Source: Clostridia bacterium
GTDB taxonomy: Bacteria > Bacillota > Clostridia > Oscillospirales > SIG627
NCBI GenBank assembly: GCA_017439965.1
Contig: JAFSID010000102.1
Span: forward strand, 26,472 to 90,471
Reading direction: 5' to 3'
Length of the DNA: 64,000 nucleotides
Shown: piece by piece, positions 52,847 through 62,541 of the stretch
Layout: the number at the start of each line of letters is the position of its first letter
Numbering within the stretch: the stretch's first letter is position 1
Notes under the pieces: generated by a model
Seen by the model: only the letters and a program-made list of their open reading frames with translations
The model's database searches: none
Told to the model about the DNA's origin: nothing
Translations under genes and position numbers: made by a program

Positions 52847-53757
52847 ATGGCTTCCTCTCCTTTCGGGGAAAGATATCTTACCTCGGGCTCAAGTCTTATT
52901 CCGCTATACTTTTCAACCCTGTCACGAACCTCTCTGAAAAGGGTAAGCATATCACGGCTCGTTGCACCCGAGCGGTTTATAATAAAGCCTGCGTGCTTCT
53001 CGGAGACCTGAGCACCGCCCACGCTGAAGCCCTTAAGCCCCGCCTCGTCAATAAGCTTGGCGGCAAAGCTGCCCTTGGGTCTTTTAAAGGCAGAGCCCGC
53101 ACTCGGATACTCAAGAGGCTGTTTTTCACGGCGGCGGAGAAGAAGCTCCTCTTCGCGACGGCGTATGTCCTCGGGAGAATCCTTTTCAAGACGGAATACA
53201 GCCTCAAGCACGAGGTCGCCGTTTTCAAGAAACGCCGAATGTCTGTATGAAAAATCAGCCTCGGCATTTGAGCAGGTGACGGTCTCTCCGTTTCGCAAAA
53301 CGGTACAGCGCTCAACGACCTGAGAAAGCTCGCCGTTATACGCGCCTGCGTTCATTACGATTCCTCCGCCAACGCTGCCGGGTATACCGCAGGCAAATTC
53401 AAGCCCCGTAAGACCCGATTCACCGACGGTGCGCGAAAGAGGAGTAAGCCCCATTCCTGCCATAGCGTACACACGCTCACCGTCAATTCTGACACCGTTC
53501 ATACGCTCGGTAAAAATAACAGCACCGCGAAAGCCCTCGTCGTCGGCAAGAAGATTGGAGCCTCTGCCCATAACGTAGCTGAGAAGTCCGTTGTGCCGAC
53601 AGATGTCGAGCGCGTCCTTGAGCTCCTCGACGGTTTCGGGAAAAAAGCCTATATCACACGGACCGCCTATCTTGAAGGTGGTCTTTTTTGAAAGGAGAAC
53701 GTCCCTTTCTATCCTTGATTTTGATATTTCCGAAAGCTCACGAAAAAGCTCGGTCAT
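52843..53757 (-). CDS. murB: UDP-N-acetylenolpyruvoylglucosamine reductase
   Basis: 304 aa with TFKIGGP.., ..GRGSNLL.. and ..AGSAFKRP.. motifs. Confidence 0.93.
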   Translation of the reverse strand: MTELFRELSEISKSRIERDVLLSKKTTFKIGGPCDIGFFPETVEELKDALDICRHNGLLSYVMGRGSNLLADDEGFRGAVIFTERMNGVRIDGERVYAMAGMGLTPLSRTVGESGLTGLEFACGIPGSVGGGIVMNAGAYNGELSQVVERCTVLRNGETVTCSNAEADFSYRHSAFLENGDLVLEAVFRLEKDSPEDIRRREEELLLRRREKQPLEYPSAGSAFKRPKGSFAAKLIDEAGLKGFSVGGAQVSEKHAGFIINRSGATSRDMLTLFREVRDRVEKYSGIRLEPEVRYLSPKGEEAI

Positions 53758-54719
53758 GCGTTAACTCCGAGCATTGCGGCACCGATAATGCCTGCGTCGT
53801 TGCGAAGCTGTGCGATAACCACCTTGGTTGCGGGAACGCAATCGGAGAGGGCGGTATAAACCTCCTTGGAAACTATCTCAAGCATAGGAGTGAGAAGAGT
53901 ATCACGCTCGTTGCTGATGCCTCCGCCGATGCTGAGCACCTCAGGCTCAAAGATGTTTATAATATTAGTAATACCGCAAGCGAGATAGGATATGTATTCA
54001 TCAACGACGGCTTTACCCCATTCGTCTCCTGCGCGCATAGCATCAAAGGAGGTTCTTCCGTTAACCTTGTCGATATTCTTACCGCAAAGCTCCCACATCT
54101 TGCTCTCGGGATGCTTACTCATCATTTCCTTGGTCATTCTGACAAGAGCGGTAACCGAAGCGTAAGCCTCAAAGCAGCCCTTTCTTCCGCAGGTACACTG
54201 AACGCCGTCCTTAACGATTACAATGTGACCGAGCTCAGCTCCTGCAAAGTTAAAGCCTGCGTATACCTTATGGTCGATGATAACACCGCCGCCTACACCT
54301 GTTCCGAGGGTTACCATAACGGAGGTCTTGTAGCCCTTTGCGGCACCAACCTCAGCCTCACCCTTTGCAGCAGCGTTAGCGTCGTTTTCGATGCTCATAT
54401 TCTTAATACCCGTAAGCTCGCGGAGCTTGGCAACCACGGGATAAGCGTTGAGAGACGGAATGTTATTTGAGCATTCAACAACACCCTTTTCGTTGTTGCA
54501 AACACCGGGAGATGCAATTCCGCAGAAGTCAACCTCCGAAATGTCGATGCCCGCCTTCTTGCATACCTCAAAGCAGCACTTCGCCATATCTCCGACGATT
54601 TCGTCACCCTGGCGTGATGCATTCGTAGGCACGGATACCTTTTCAATAATTTCACCCTCGCGGGTTACGAGTCCTACGGCGATATTTGTACCGCCAAGAT
54701 CAATTCCTATAAGCTTCAT
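53754..54719 (-). CDS. glcK: ROK family glucokinase
   Basis: 321 aa. MKLIGIDLGGTNIAVG.., and the ROK zinc motif CTCGRKGCFEAY. Confidence 0.85.
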   Translation of the reverse strand: MKLIGIDLGGTNIAVGLVTREGEIIEKVSVPTNASRQGDEIVGDMAKCCFEVCKKAGIDISEVDFCGIASPGVCNNEKGVVECSNNIPSLNAYPVVAKLRELTGIKNMSIENDANAAAKGEAEVGAAKGYKTSVMVTLGTGVGGGVIIDHKVYAGFNFAGAELGHIVIVKDGVQCTCGRKGCFEAYASVTALVRMTKEMMSKHPESKMWELCGKNIDKVNGRTSFDAMRAGDEWGKAVVDEYISYLACGITNIINIFEPEVLSIGGGISNERDTLLTPMLEIVSKEVYTALSDCVPATKVVIAQLRNDAGIIGAAMLGVNA

Positions 54720-54748
54720 AATTTATGTCCTCCAAAAATAATTTTAAT

Positions 54749-55690
54749 TTATCTGTCCGAATCATCAGGGAGGCTCAGACCCATAAGCTTTTTGTTAAAC
54801 TCGACCGCCGTATCGTAGCCCATCTTCTTCTGGCGGTGATTCATTGCGGCAATCTCTATAATGACCGCAAGGTTTCTGCCCGGCTTTACGGGTACGGTTA
54901 TGCTGGGTATCTTAATTCCCATTATATCCGCGTACTCTGTCTCAAGTCCGAAGCGATCGTAAAACTTCTCCTTATCCCACTGTTCGAGATTAATGACCAG
55001 AGAAATCTTTTCGGTGTTCTTTACAGCGCCCATACCGAAGATTCGTCTCACGTCAACTATACCGATGCCTCGAAGCTCGATATAATGGCGTATAAGCTCG
55101 GGAGACGAGCCAACGAGAGTCTTTTCGGATACCTTGCGTATCTCAACCGCGTCGTCGGCAACGAGTCTGTGACCTCTCTTTACAAGCTCGATTGCAGCCT
55201 CGCTCTTACCTATTCCGCTGTCGCCCACGATGAGTATACCCTCACCGTAAACCTCAACGAAAACACCGTGACGGGAAATCATAGGCGCAAGCTTTACGTT
55301 AAGCGAGGAAATGAGATTTGCCATAAGAGCCGTGGTCTTTTCCTCGGTGTAAAGAAGCGGTACGTTGTATTTCTCGGCTATTTCAACAGAGCCGTCAATC
55401 GCACTGTCGGTATGAGAAAACACAAGACATACGGGTCTGTGTGACAAATACTTGTCAAGAAGCTCAAGCCTCTCCTTTTCCTGAAAGCTTTCAACGTAGG
55501 AGCGTTCAAGCTTACCGAGAAGCTGAATACGTTCACCCTCGAAATTTTCGAAAAATCCCGCAAGCTGAAGACCGGGACGGTTTACCTCGGGACGCGTTAT
55601 CCTTATCTCTCTTCCGTTTTCGGGAAGATAGACGGGTATCAGAGAAAACTCATCGATTACCTCTCCGAGTGTGCAATAGGTTTCGTTCAT
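54749..55690 (-). CDS. hprK: HPr kinase/phosphorylase
   Basis: 313 aa. P-loop GDSGIGKSE and ..ELRGIGI... Confidence 0.93.
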   Translation of the reverse strand: MNETYCTLGEVIDEFSLIPVYLPENGREIRITRPEVNRPGLQLAGFFENFEGERIQLLGKLERSYVESFQEKERLELLDKYLSHRPVCLVFSHTDSAIDGSVEIAEKYNVPLLYTEEKTTALMANLISSLNVKLAPMISRHGVFVEVYGEGILIVGDSGIGKSEAAIELVKRGHRLVADDAVEIRKVSEKTLVGSSPELIRHYIELRGIGIVDVRRIFGMGAVKNTEKISLVINLEQWDKEKFYDRFGLETEYADIMGIKIPSITVPVKPGRNLAVIIEIAAMNHRQKKMGYDTAVEFNKKLMGLSLPDDSDR

Positions 55691-55869
55691 AATATCCCCC
55701 CTATTATATATTAATACATCTTATATTATACTATAAATATTTTGAAATTACAATATTATATACGGATTTTTTTGTTAAAAATGACAAATATACTTGCTTT
55801 TTGGGCAATATTATGGCATAATACAGTATATTATAGGATTTTACGCGCGGAAAGGAGGATACCGAAGCG

Positions 55870-56643
55870 ATGAAAAAAAGCAAAGCTCAATTTTCCGACG
55901 AGGAGGATATTGTCCAAATTGATCTTACAAGCGGAAAATTCGACCCCTTTGAGCTTAAGAAGAGCACTGCCTCATCGAGCGTGAATCCTCCGCCCGACGA
56001 TGAGCTGAATCCGCTTGACCTTACCTCCCCGAATCTTGACGAGGAGCAATTTCCGCTAAAAAAAGAGGCTATCGACCCGAAGCACTCTATGGGGAACGAG
56101 GGAGAAATATTTATTTCCTCGCCGCAAAAAAAGAGAGCACGGTCTCCCGTGTATTACACGGTGATAGCCACCGTCGCCGCTCTTCTTCTTTTCTCGGCTT
56201 GGCTGATATTCGGATTTTTATACACCGAGCAATATAACGCAAATCTTTATTCAAAATATCAGAAGGGCATCTCACCTGAAATATACAACTCGGATTTCGA
56301 CTTTTTCATAACCCTCGACGGAGTAACCTCTCCCGTTGTAAGAAGCAAAGAAAAGCGTTACGTCAAGGGCTTTAACGGTATGCCGACGGTACCAGGAACT
56401 CTCACCTCAACAGAGCGAGGAGGAGTATATACCGTAACGGGCTCGTCAAAGCTTCTGCCCGACGTAAACGAGGCTCTCGTCGGCAAGAGTGTAACCCTTG
56501 AGGGCATCGGCTTTATTGAGGAATACACGGTAGTGTCGGTAACGAGAAACTTTTCAAAATCCGCCGACCTTATAATTTACGTCGGCTCATCCTCAAACGA
56601 TATGCTGGTAATAAACGCAGAAAAAAGCACGCAGTCTCAATGA
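55870..56643 (+). CDS. hypothetical single-pass membrane protein
   Basis: 257 aa. Acidic/Pro-rich N-terminal tail, a TM helix VYYTVIATVAALLLFSAWLIFGFLY and an extracytoplasmic C-terminal domain. I recognise no family. Confidence 0.55.
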   Translation: MKKSKAQFSDEEDIVQIDLTSGKFDPFELKKSTASSSVNPPPDDELNPLDLTSPNLDEEQFPLKKEAIDPKHSMGNEGEIFISSPQKKRARSPVYYTVIATVAALLLFSAWLIFGFLYTEQYNANLYSKYQKGISPEIYNSDFDFFITLDGVTSPVVRSKEKRYVKGFNGMPTVPGTLTSTERGGVYTVTGSSKLLPDVNEALVGKSVTLEGIGFIEEYTVVSVTRNFSKSADLIIYVGSSSNDMLVINAEKSTQSQ

Positions 56644-57356
56644 GACGGCGTGCTTTCTGCTGTCTTTTTAGCCATATCAAGCCGAACGAAAATTATTGCG
56701 ATTGCGGTATAAAGCATTGCAAGTGACATCATTTCCATAATGAGCGCAAAAATTACAAGTCCAACATTCGAAAAAAGCGTTGCGGCAAGGCGAATGAGTA
56801 TAAACTCAAGGAGTATGCGGAACGCCTCCATTTTGTGTCCCCGCATCAGCTCACGGCTCTTTTTCAAGGCTTGCCAAACGGTGATTTTTGAATCAAGCAT
56901 AATATAATACGGAGCCATACAAAAGGCGAGAAAAACGGGATAATATCCGACGAAAATTCCGACTGCGGACAAAAGCTGAATCAGTGTGACCGCAAGCGTG
57001 CCCTTAAGCAAGGTGCCGATATTCTCAAAGCCCGATATAAAAACCTTAACGGGACACGGAGTATCCGTCGCCGTACCCGAAAGCGCAAAGAAATACCGCA
57101 TCATACAGTACTGAAACGGCATATTCAGAATGATTACGGCAAGGTATATGAGCATATATATTCCCATATCCTTTTCAAATCTTACAAAGTCAAAGCTCGT
57201 TGAGAGAAAATTGGTGTTTTGAAAAATCTGATAGCTTGCAAAATAGGACGCGATAACGGGCAGAGCGGATGCCAGTGCGACCACGCCAAAGCAGGAAAAC
57301 AGATGGGTATAGACCGAGCCCTTTGCGTGCTCCTTTATATGAAATCGGGAAAGCAT
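56637..57356 (-). CDS. multi-pass membrane protein, DUF975-like
   Basis: 239 aa. The N-terminus (HIKEHAKGSV..) and the TM pattern resemble DUF975. Its stop overlaps the convergent gene by 7 nt. Confidence 0.5.
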   Translation of the reverse strand: MLSRFHIKEHAKGSVYTHLFSCFGVVALASALPVIASYFASYQIFQNTNFLSTSFDFVRFEKDMGIYMLIYLAVIILNMPFQYCMMRYFFALSGTATDTPCPVKVFISGFENIGTLLKGTLAVTLIQLLSAVGIFVGYYPVFLAFCMAPYYIMLDSKITVWQALKKSRELMRGHKMEAFRILLEFILIRLAATLFSNVGLVIFALIMEMMSLAMLYTAIAIIFVRLDMAKKTAESTPSH

Positions 57357-57486
57357 AATTCCTCCGAAGCGTTATATTTTAGTCATTGTAGCATTAAAAA
57401 ATTACTAATTTATGAATTTTGGAATATTTCTTGTAATTATCGCAGCTTTGTGGTATAATTCAGTTAATTTCATTTGGAGGAAAGCT

Positions 57487-59631
57487 ATGGATTTTGCAAA
57501 AGTAATAGCCGAGGAGTTCAAAATAAAGGAGCTCCACGCACAGAACACAGTAAATCTTCTTGAGGACGACAACACCGTCCCCTTTATAGCCCGTTACCGC
57601 AAGGAGATGACGGGAGGTCTTGACGACCAGGTTATCCGTGAGATATCCGAAAGACTCAACTACCTCAAGAACCTCGTTAAGAGAAAGGAGGAGGTGCTCT
57701 CCTCTATTGAGGAGCAGGGCAAGCTTACCGACGAGCTTCGCGCAGAAATCGAGGCAGCGGAAACTCTGACCGCGGTTGAGGATATCTACCGTCCCTACAA
57801 GCCCAAACGTAAGACGAGAGCCTCCGTTGCGCGCGAAAGAGGGCTTGAGCCTCTTGCCGCTCTCATTTTCGCTCAGGAGATTACCGAGGGCACGCCCGAG
57901 GATTACGCCAAGGATTTCGTAAATGCCGAAAAGGAGGTCCCCGACGTTGAGGCGGCTATCGCGGGAGCACTCGACATAATTGCCGAGGACGTATCCGACT
58001 CTGCGGAATACCGAGGAGAATTGCGACGCATCCTCTTTGAATACGGTCAGATAGAGACAAAGGCGGCAAAGGAGGAGGACTCGGTCTACGCAATGTATTA
58101 CGACCGCACCGAGCCTATCTCAAAAATTCCGTCTCACAGAATCCTTGCAATAAACAGAGGTGAGAAGGAGGACTTTCTCAAGGTCTCACTTCTTATAGAC
58201 GAGTACAGTGCAAAGAGCTTTCTCTACAACCGCACGCTCATTTCGGGAAGCATCTTCACAAAGCTCGTTCAGTCTGCGGTAGACGATTCCTACACGAGAC
58301 TTCTCTTCCCCTCCCTTGAACGCGAGGTTCGTACCATGATATTTGACGATGCTTGCGAGAAGGCTATAAAGGTATTCGAGGACAACCTTGAAAACCTGCT
58401 TCTTCAGGCGCCTCTCAAGGGCAAAACGGTCATCGGCTTTGACCCGGGATACCGTACCGGCTGTAAGCTTGCGGTGGTTGACAAGACGGGAAAGGTGCTT
58501 GACACGGCGGTCATCTTCCCCACCAAGCCACAGGAAAAAATTGAGGAAAGTGAAAGAATACTCATTTCCCTTATAAAAAAGCACAAGGCGGACGTTATCT
58601 CCATCGGCAACGGTACGGCATCCAAGGAGAGTGAAATATTCGTATCGAATATGATAAAGAACAATTCTCTCCCCGTAAAATATATAATCACCTCGGAGGC
58701 AGGCGCGTCCGTCTACTCAGCGTCACCTCTTGCGGCAAAGGAATTTCCCGACTTCGACGTTACCCAAAGAAGCGCGGTATCCATCGCACGACGTATTCAG
58801 GACCCTCTCGCAGAGCTTGTAAAGATAGAGCCACGTGCCATCGGCGTAGGTCAGTATCAGCACGATATGAAGCCTGCCCGACTTGACGAGGCACTCGGAG
58901 GAGTGGTTGAAAGCTGTGTTAACCGCGTCGGAGTAAATCTCAACACGGCATCCTTCGCGCTTCTCTCCTACGTTGCGGGAATCAATGCAACGAGCGCTAA
59001 AAACATCGTTAAATACCGTGAGGAAAACGGCGAGTTTGACTCAATCGAAAGCGTTAAAAAGGTGCCTCGCGTCGGTGACAAGGCGTTCGAACAGTGCGCG
59101 GGCTTCTTAAGAATACCCGAGGGTGTTGAGCCTCTTGACAACACGGGGGTCCATCCCGAATCCTACGGCGCGGCAAGAGAGCTTCTCAAGAAGGCGGGAC
59201 ACTCGGCTTCCGATATCGGACGCGAGGGCTTCCCCAAGCTTTCCAAGGAGCTTATAAGCTTCGACAAGGAGGAGCTTGCGCGTGAGCTGGGCATCGGTGT
59301 TCCCACGCTCCTTGACATAATCAAGGAGCTTGAAAAACCGGGTCTTGACCTTCGTGACGATTTTGAAGAGCCGATTCTTCTCTCGGAGGTGCTGGACATT
59401 TCCGATCTCCGCGAGGGTATGACGCTCACGGGAACGGTAAGAAACGTATGCGACTTCGGAGCCTTCGTTGACATCGGAGTTCACCAGGACGGACTCGTTC
59501 ACATATCCGAGCTTTCGGACAAATTCATAAGACATCCCTCCGAGGCGGTAGCCATAGGAGACATCGTAAAGGTGCGCGTTTTGTCCGCCGACCCCGTCAA
59601 AAAGAGAATTTCACTTTCGATGAAAAGCTGA
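57487..59631 (+). CDS. tex: Tex-like transcription accessory protein (YqgF/HhH/S1 domains)
   Basis: GGAGG SD before the ATG at 57487 (MDFAKVIAEEFKIKELHAQNTVNLLEDDNTVPFIARYRKE). C-terminal S1 domain (GTVRNVCDFGAFVDIG..GLVHISEL). Confidence 0.92.
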   Translation: MDFAKVIAEEFKIKELHAQNTVNLLEDDNTVPFIARYRKEMTGGLDDQVIREISERLNYLKNLVKRKEEVLSSIEEQGKLTDELRAEIEAAETLTAVEDIYRPYKPKRKTRASVARERGLEPLAALIFAQEITEGTPEDYAKDFVNAEKEVPDVEAAIAGALDIIAEDVSDSAEYRGELRRILFEYGQIETKAAKEEDSVYAMYYDRTEPISKIPSHRILAINRGEKEDFLKVSLLIDEYSAKSFLYNRTLISGSIFTKLVQSAVDDSYTRLLFPSLEREVRTMIFDDACEKAIKVFEDNLENLLLQAPLKGKTVIGFDPGYRTGCKLAVVDKTGKVLDTAVIFPTKPQEKIEESERILISLIKKHKADVISIGNGTASKESEIFVSNMIKNNSLPVKYIITSEAGASVYSASPLAAKEFPDFDVTQRSAVSIARRIQDPLAELVKIEPRAIGVGQYQHDMKPARLDEALGGVVESCVNRVGVNLNTASFALLSYVAGINATSAKNIVKYREENGEFDSIESVKKVPRVGDKAFEQCAGFLRIPEGVEPLDNTGVHPESYGAARELLKKAGHSASDIGREGFPKLSKELISFDKEELARELGIGVPTLLDIIKELEKPGLDLRDDFEEPILLSEVLDISDLREGMTLTGTVRNVCDFGAFVDIGVHQDGLVHISELSDKFIRHPSEAVAIGDIVKVRVLSADPVKKRISLSMKS

Positions 59632-59832
59632 TTTTAAAAAGCCCCACCCCCTATTTTAAGTGGGTTTTGAACATCGTTTGTTCAAAAATTGTGCAATATT
59701 AACATATGAAGCACTGAATTTTTGGAAAATAAACATCTTCCAAAAATCGAAGTTTTCTGTTATCATTATATAGTCAAAGTAATATGCTCGGTATCGGGCG
59801 ACCGATTCCGAATTTAAACAGGAGGTCATTTC

Positions 59833-60945
59833 ATGGCAAGTGTATCATTGAAACACATATACAAGAAGTATTCCGGCGGCGTTACCGCTGTTTCGGATTT
59901 CTGTCTTGAAATTAAGGACAAGGAGTTTATTATCCTTGTAGGTCCTTCAGGTTGCGGTAAGTCCACCACTCTCCGTATGATTGCAGGACTTGAAGAAATT
60001 TCCGAGGGTGAGCTTTTCATCGGCGACAAGATCGTTAACGACGTAGCACCCAAGGACAGAGACATTGCGATGGTTTTCCAGAACTACGCTCTTTATCCTC
60101 ATATGACCGTTTACGAGAATATGGCGTTCGGTCTTAAGCTTCGTAAGACTCCCAAGGAAGAGATCAAGAGAAAGGTTGAGGAAGCAGCAAGAGTTCTTGA
60201 CATTGCTCACCTTCTCGACAGACGTCCCGTTGCTCTTTCAGGTGGTCAGAGACAGCGTGTTGCTCTCGGTCGTGCTATCGTTCGTCAGCCCAAGGTATTC
60301 CTTCTTGACGAGCCTCTCTCCAACCTCGACGCTAAGCTTCGTGCAGCCATGAGAACCGAGCTCACCAAGCTTCACTCAAGACTCCAGACAACCTTTATCT
60401 ACGTTACTCACGACCAGGTCGAGGCTATGACCATGGCTACCCGTATCGTAGTTATGAAGGACGGTCTTATCCAGCAGGTTGATTCTCCCCAAAACCTTTA
60501 CGATTATCCTGTTAACACCTTCGTTGCAGGCTTTATCGGAACTCCTCAGATGAACTTCATCAACGGCTCCGTTATCAAGCGTGACGGAAACGTTTACTTC
60601 AAGTTCGGCTCCAACGAGCTCAAGCTTCCTGCTGAAAAGGCAAATGACGAGAAGCTTCAGGAGTACATCGGCAAGGAGGTTATCGCAGGTATCCGTCCCG
60701 AGTGTATCCACGACGAGCCTATGTACCTCGAAACACTCTCCGAGTGGGTTATTGATGCGCACGTTGACGTTACCGAGCTTATGGGCTCCTGCATCTACCT
60801 CTACGTAGTTGCTGAAGAGCAGAACCTTATTGCTAACGTTAACGCTCATTCCTCCTCTACCGTTGGAAGCGACATCAAGATTGCTCTTGACGTTAACAGA
60901 CTCCACCTCTTCGACAAGGATACTGAAAAGTGCATCATTCACTAA
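59833..60945 (+). CDS. stand-alone sugar ABC transporter ATPase (MsmX/MalK/UgpC family)
   Basis: 370 aa. GPSGCGKST, LSGGQRQRVALGRA, LLDEPLSNLD, and a C-terminal regulatory TOBE-like domain. No adjacent permease genes. Confidence 0.9.
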   Translation: MASVSLKHIYKKYSGGVTAVSDFCLEIKDKEFIILVGPSGCGKSTTLRMIAGLEEISEGELFIGDKIVNDVAPKDRDIAMVFQNYALYPHMTVYENMAFGLKLRKTPKEEIKRKVEEAARVLDIAHLLDRRPVALSGGQRQRVALGRAIVRQPKVFLLDEPLSNLDAKLRAAMRTELTKLHSRLQTTFIYVTHDQVEAMTMATRIVVMKDGLIQQVDSPQNLYDYPVNTFVAGFIGTPQMNFINGSVIKRDGNVYFKFGSNELKLPAEKANDEKLQEYIGKEVIAGIRPECIHDEPMYLETLSEWVIDAHVDVTELMGSCIYLYVVAEEQNLIANVNAHSSSTVGSDIKIALDVNRLHLFDKDTEKCIIH

Positions 60946-60957
60946 GATGAACAGAAT

Positions 60958-60991
60958 ACGGCAAGGCTTTAACGCCTTGCCGTTATTTTTT
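60958..60991 (+). terminator. rho-independent terminator
   Basis: ACGGCAAGGC / GCCTTGCCGT (60958-60967 / 60974-60983), then TATTTTTT. Confidence 0.8.
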
Positions 60992-62145
60992 CATAAGCCT
61001 TTTGTAATATGTGAAATCGCAGAAAGCACAGCCTGACACTCAGCCTCGGTATTGAAGTGAGAAGCGCTGAGCCTTACCGCACCGTCAGTGTTGAGAAATG
61101 AGTGTGCAAGAGGTGAACAGTGAAAGCCTCCTCTGCTCGCTATGTCAAAGCCGTCAAGCGATACTGCCGTTTCATCGCAGGACATACCGTCTATATTAAA
61201 TAAAACGATAGACACCGAATCCGACTCGGGAGCGTACACTCTGACCCTCGGAATAACGCTCAAGCCCTCCGTAAGTATTTTACGGAGGCTTTTCGTTTTT
61301 TCGGCAATCGTATCACATCCGACGGAGGTGACGTACTCAACTCCCGCACCGAGTGACTCGATACCTACAACGCCGACTGTACCTGCCTCAAGACGCTCGG
61401 GATACCCGTCGGGCATCCCCTTCTCCCTTGACGCTATTCCCGTTCCGCCCCAAAGAAGAGGCTCAAGCTCACGGCGGCATTTCCTCGACAGAGCCATAAA
61501 GCCGCTGCCCGTTATACCGTAAAGTCCCTTGTGACCCGAGGTACAGAGTATATCAATACCACAGACCTCCACATCAATGCGTGACGAGCCGAGACCTTGA
61601 GAGCCGTCAACGATAAAAAATACGTTTTTATCCTTGCATATAGCGCCTATACGCTCTATCGGCAGTCTCAGACCCAAGACATTAGATGTATGTGTCATAA
61701 CCACTGCGGTTGGCTTTTTATCTCCGTCAAGATGCTTCAAGAGGTCATCACACACGACATTTTCGTCATATGTGCTCACCTTGAGAAAATCAAGCGTTAT
61801 CCTCCCTTCACGCTCCATACGGTAGAGAGGGCGTAGCACCGAATTGTGCTCGAAAGGAGTTGTCAGAACCCTGTCCCCTTTTCTCAGCGAGCCAAAGAGA
61901 GCAAGGTTTAAAGCCATCGTTGCGTTATAGGTAAACACCACACGCTCGGGCTCAGTATTAACGAAGTCGGCAAGCCTCTCTCTTACACGGTAAACCGCCA
62001 TAGCAGTACGGCTTGCCTCACGGTGAGAGGATCTGCCCGGATTTGCTACGCATCCGTCAAGAGCCCTCTTTACCGCAAGCGTTACCGTTTCGGGCTTGGG
62101 ATAGCTTGTAGCACTGTTGTCCATATATATCATACTAAACTCCAC
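60991..62145 (-). CDS. class V aminotransferase-fold cysteine desulfurase family protein
   Basis: 384 aa. YMDNSATSYPKP.. and the PLP lysine region SGHKGLYG. It overlaps the DUF3343 gene by 11 nt. Confidence 0.85.
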   Translation of the reverse strand: MEFSMIYMDNSATSYPKPETVTLAVKRALDGCVANPGRSSHREASRTAMAVYRVRERLADFVNTEPERVVFTYNATMALNLALFGSLRKGDRVLTTPFEHNSVLRPLYRMEREGRITLDFLKVSTYDENVVCDDLLKHLDGDKKPTAVVMTHTSNVLGLRLPIERIGAICKDKNVFFIVDGSQGLGSSRIDVEVCGIDILCTSGHKGLYGITGSGFMALSRKCRRELEPLLWGGTGIASREKGMPDGYPERLEAGTVGVVGIESLGAGVEYVTSVGCDTIAEKTKSLRKILTEGLSVIPRVRVYAPESDSVSIVLFNIDGMSCDETAVSLDGFDIASRGGFHCSPLAHSFLNTDGAVRLSASHFNTEAECQAVLSAISHITKGL

Positions 62146-62341
62146 CTATTCCGTTTGCGCGAAGGGTACTCACAACGCTGACGCGCGCTTCACCCTTGAC
62201 GTAAACTCCCCAAACACACCCCGACGCCTCACTTCGCTTAGATACAGTACATTCAATCCCCTTTTCCGTGAGAAGTCTTTCCGCTCTGAGTGCCTGCGTC
62301 ATACCTCCAAGGCTTATAAAAAACGACTCTTTGTTTGCCAT
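62135..62341 (-). CDS. DUF3343-like small protein (putative S/Se carrier partner)
   Basis: GGAGG SD before the ATG at 62341 (MANKESFFISLGGMTQALRAERLLTEKGIE..). Its size and its pairing with a desulfurase fit DUF3343 as I remember it. Confidence 0.6.
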   Translation of the reverse strand: MANKESFFISLGGMTQALRAERLLTEKGIECTVSKRSEASGCVWGVYVKGEARVSVVSTLRANGIGGV

Positions 62342-62541
62342 AACAGTTCCTCCTGATAGGAAAGAACACACTAAAGCTTTGGTGTGCCATTCTCATTTTA
62401 TGTCATCCGCTCTCACCTTGTGCTTCACGCTTGAAAAGTTTTTTTGCAAATTAACGTTTTTATTTGCTCATACCTATTTACAAAACGACATAAGTTATGA
62501 TATATTAAATATATATATTATTTTAAGGAGCAGGGTAAATA

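Noticed and set aside
56637-56643. 7-nt overlap of two convergent stop regions (55870-56643 plus strand, 56637-57356 minus strand) within the near-palindrome GTCTCAATGAGAC.
   Set aside because: Small convergent overlaps are common in compact genomes. There is no terminator or other signal beyond the overlap itself.
62342-62541. A 200-bp region upstream of the DUF3343/cysteine-desulfurase pair, examined for a riboswitch or T-box.
   Set aside because: I found no specifier/T-box motif, no terminator/antiterminator pair and no recognisable aptamer consensus. There are only short hairpins around a HindIII-like palindrome.
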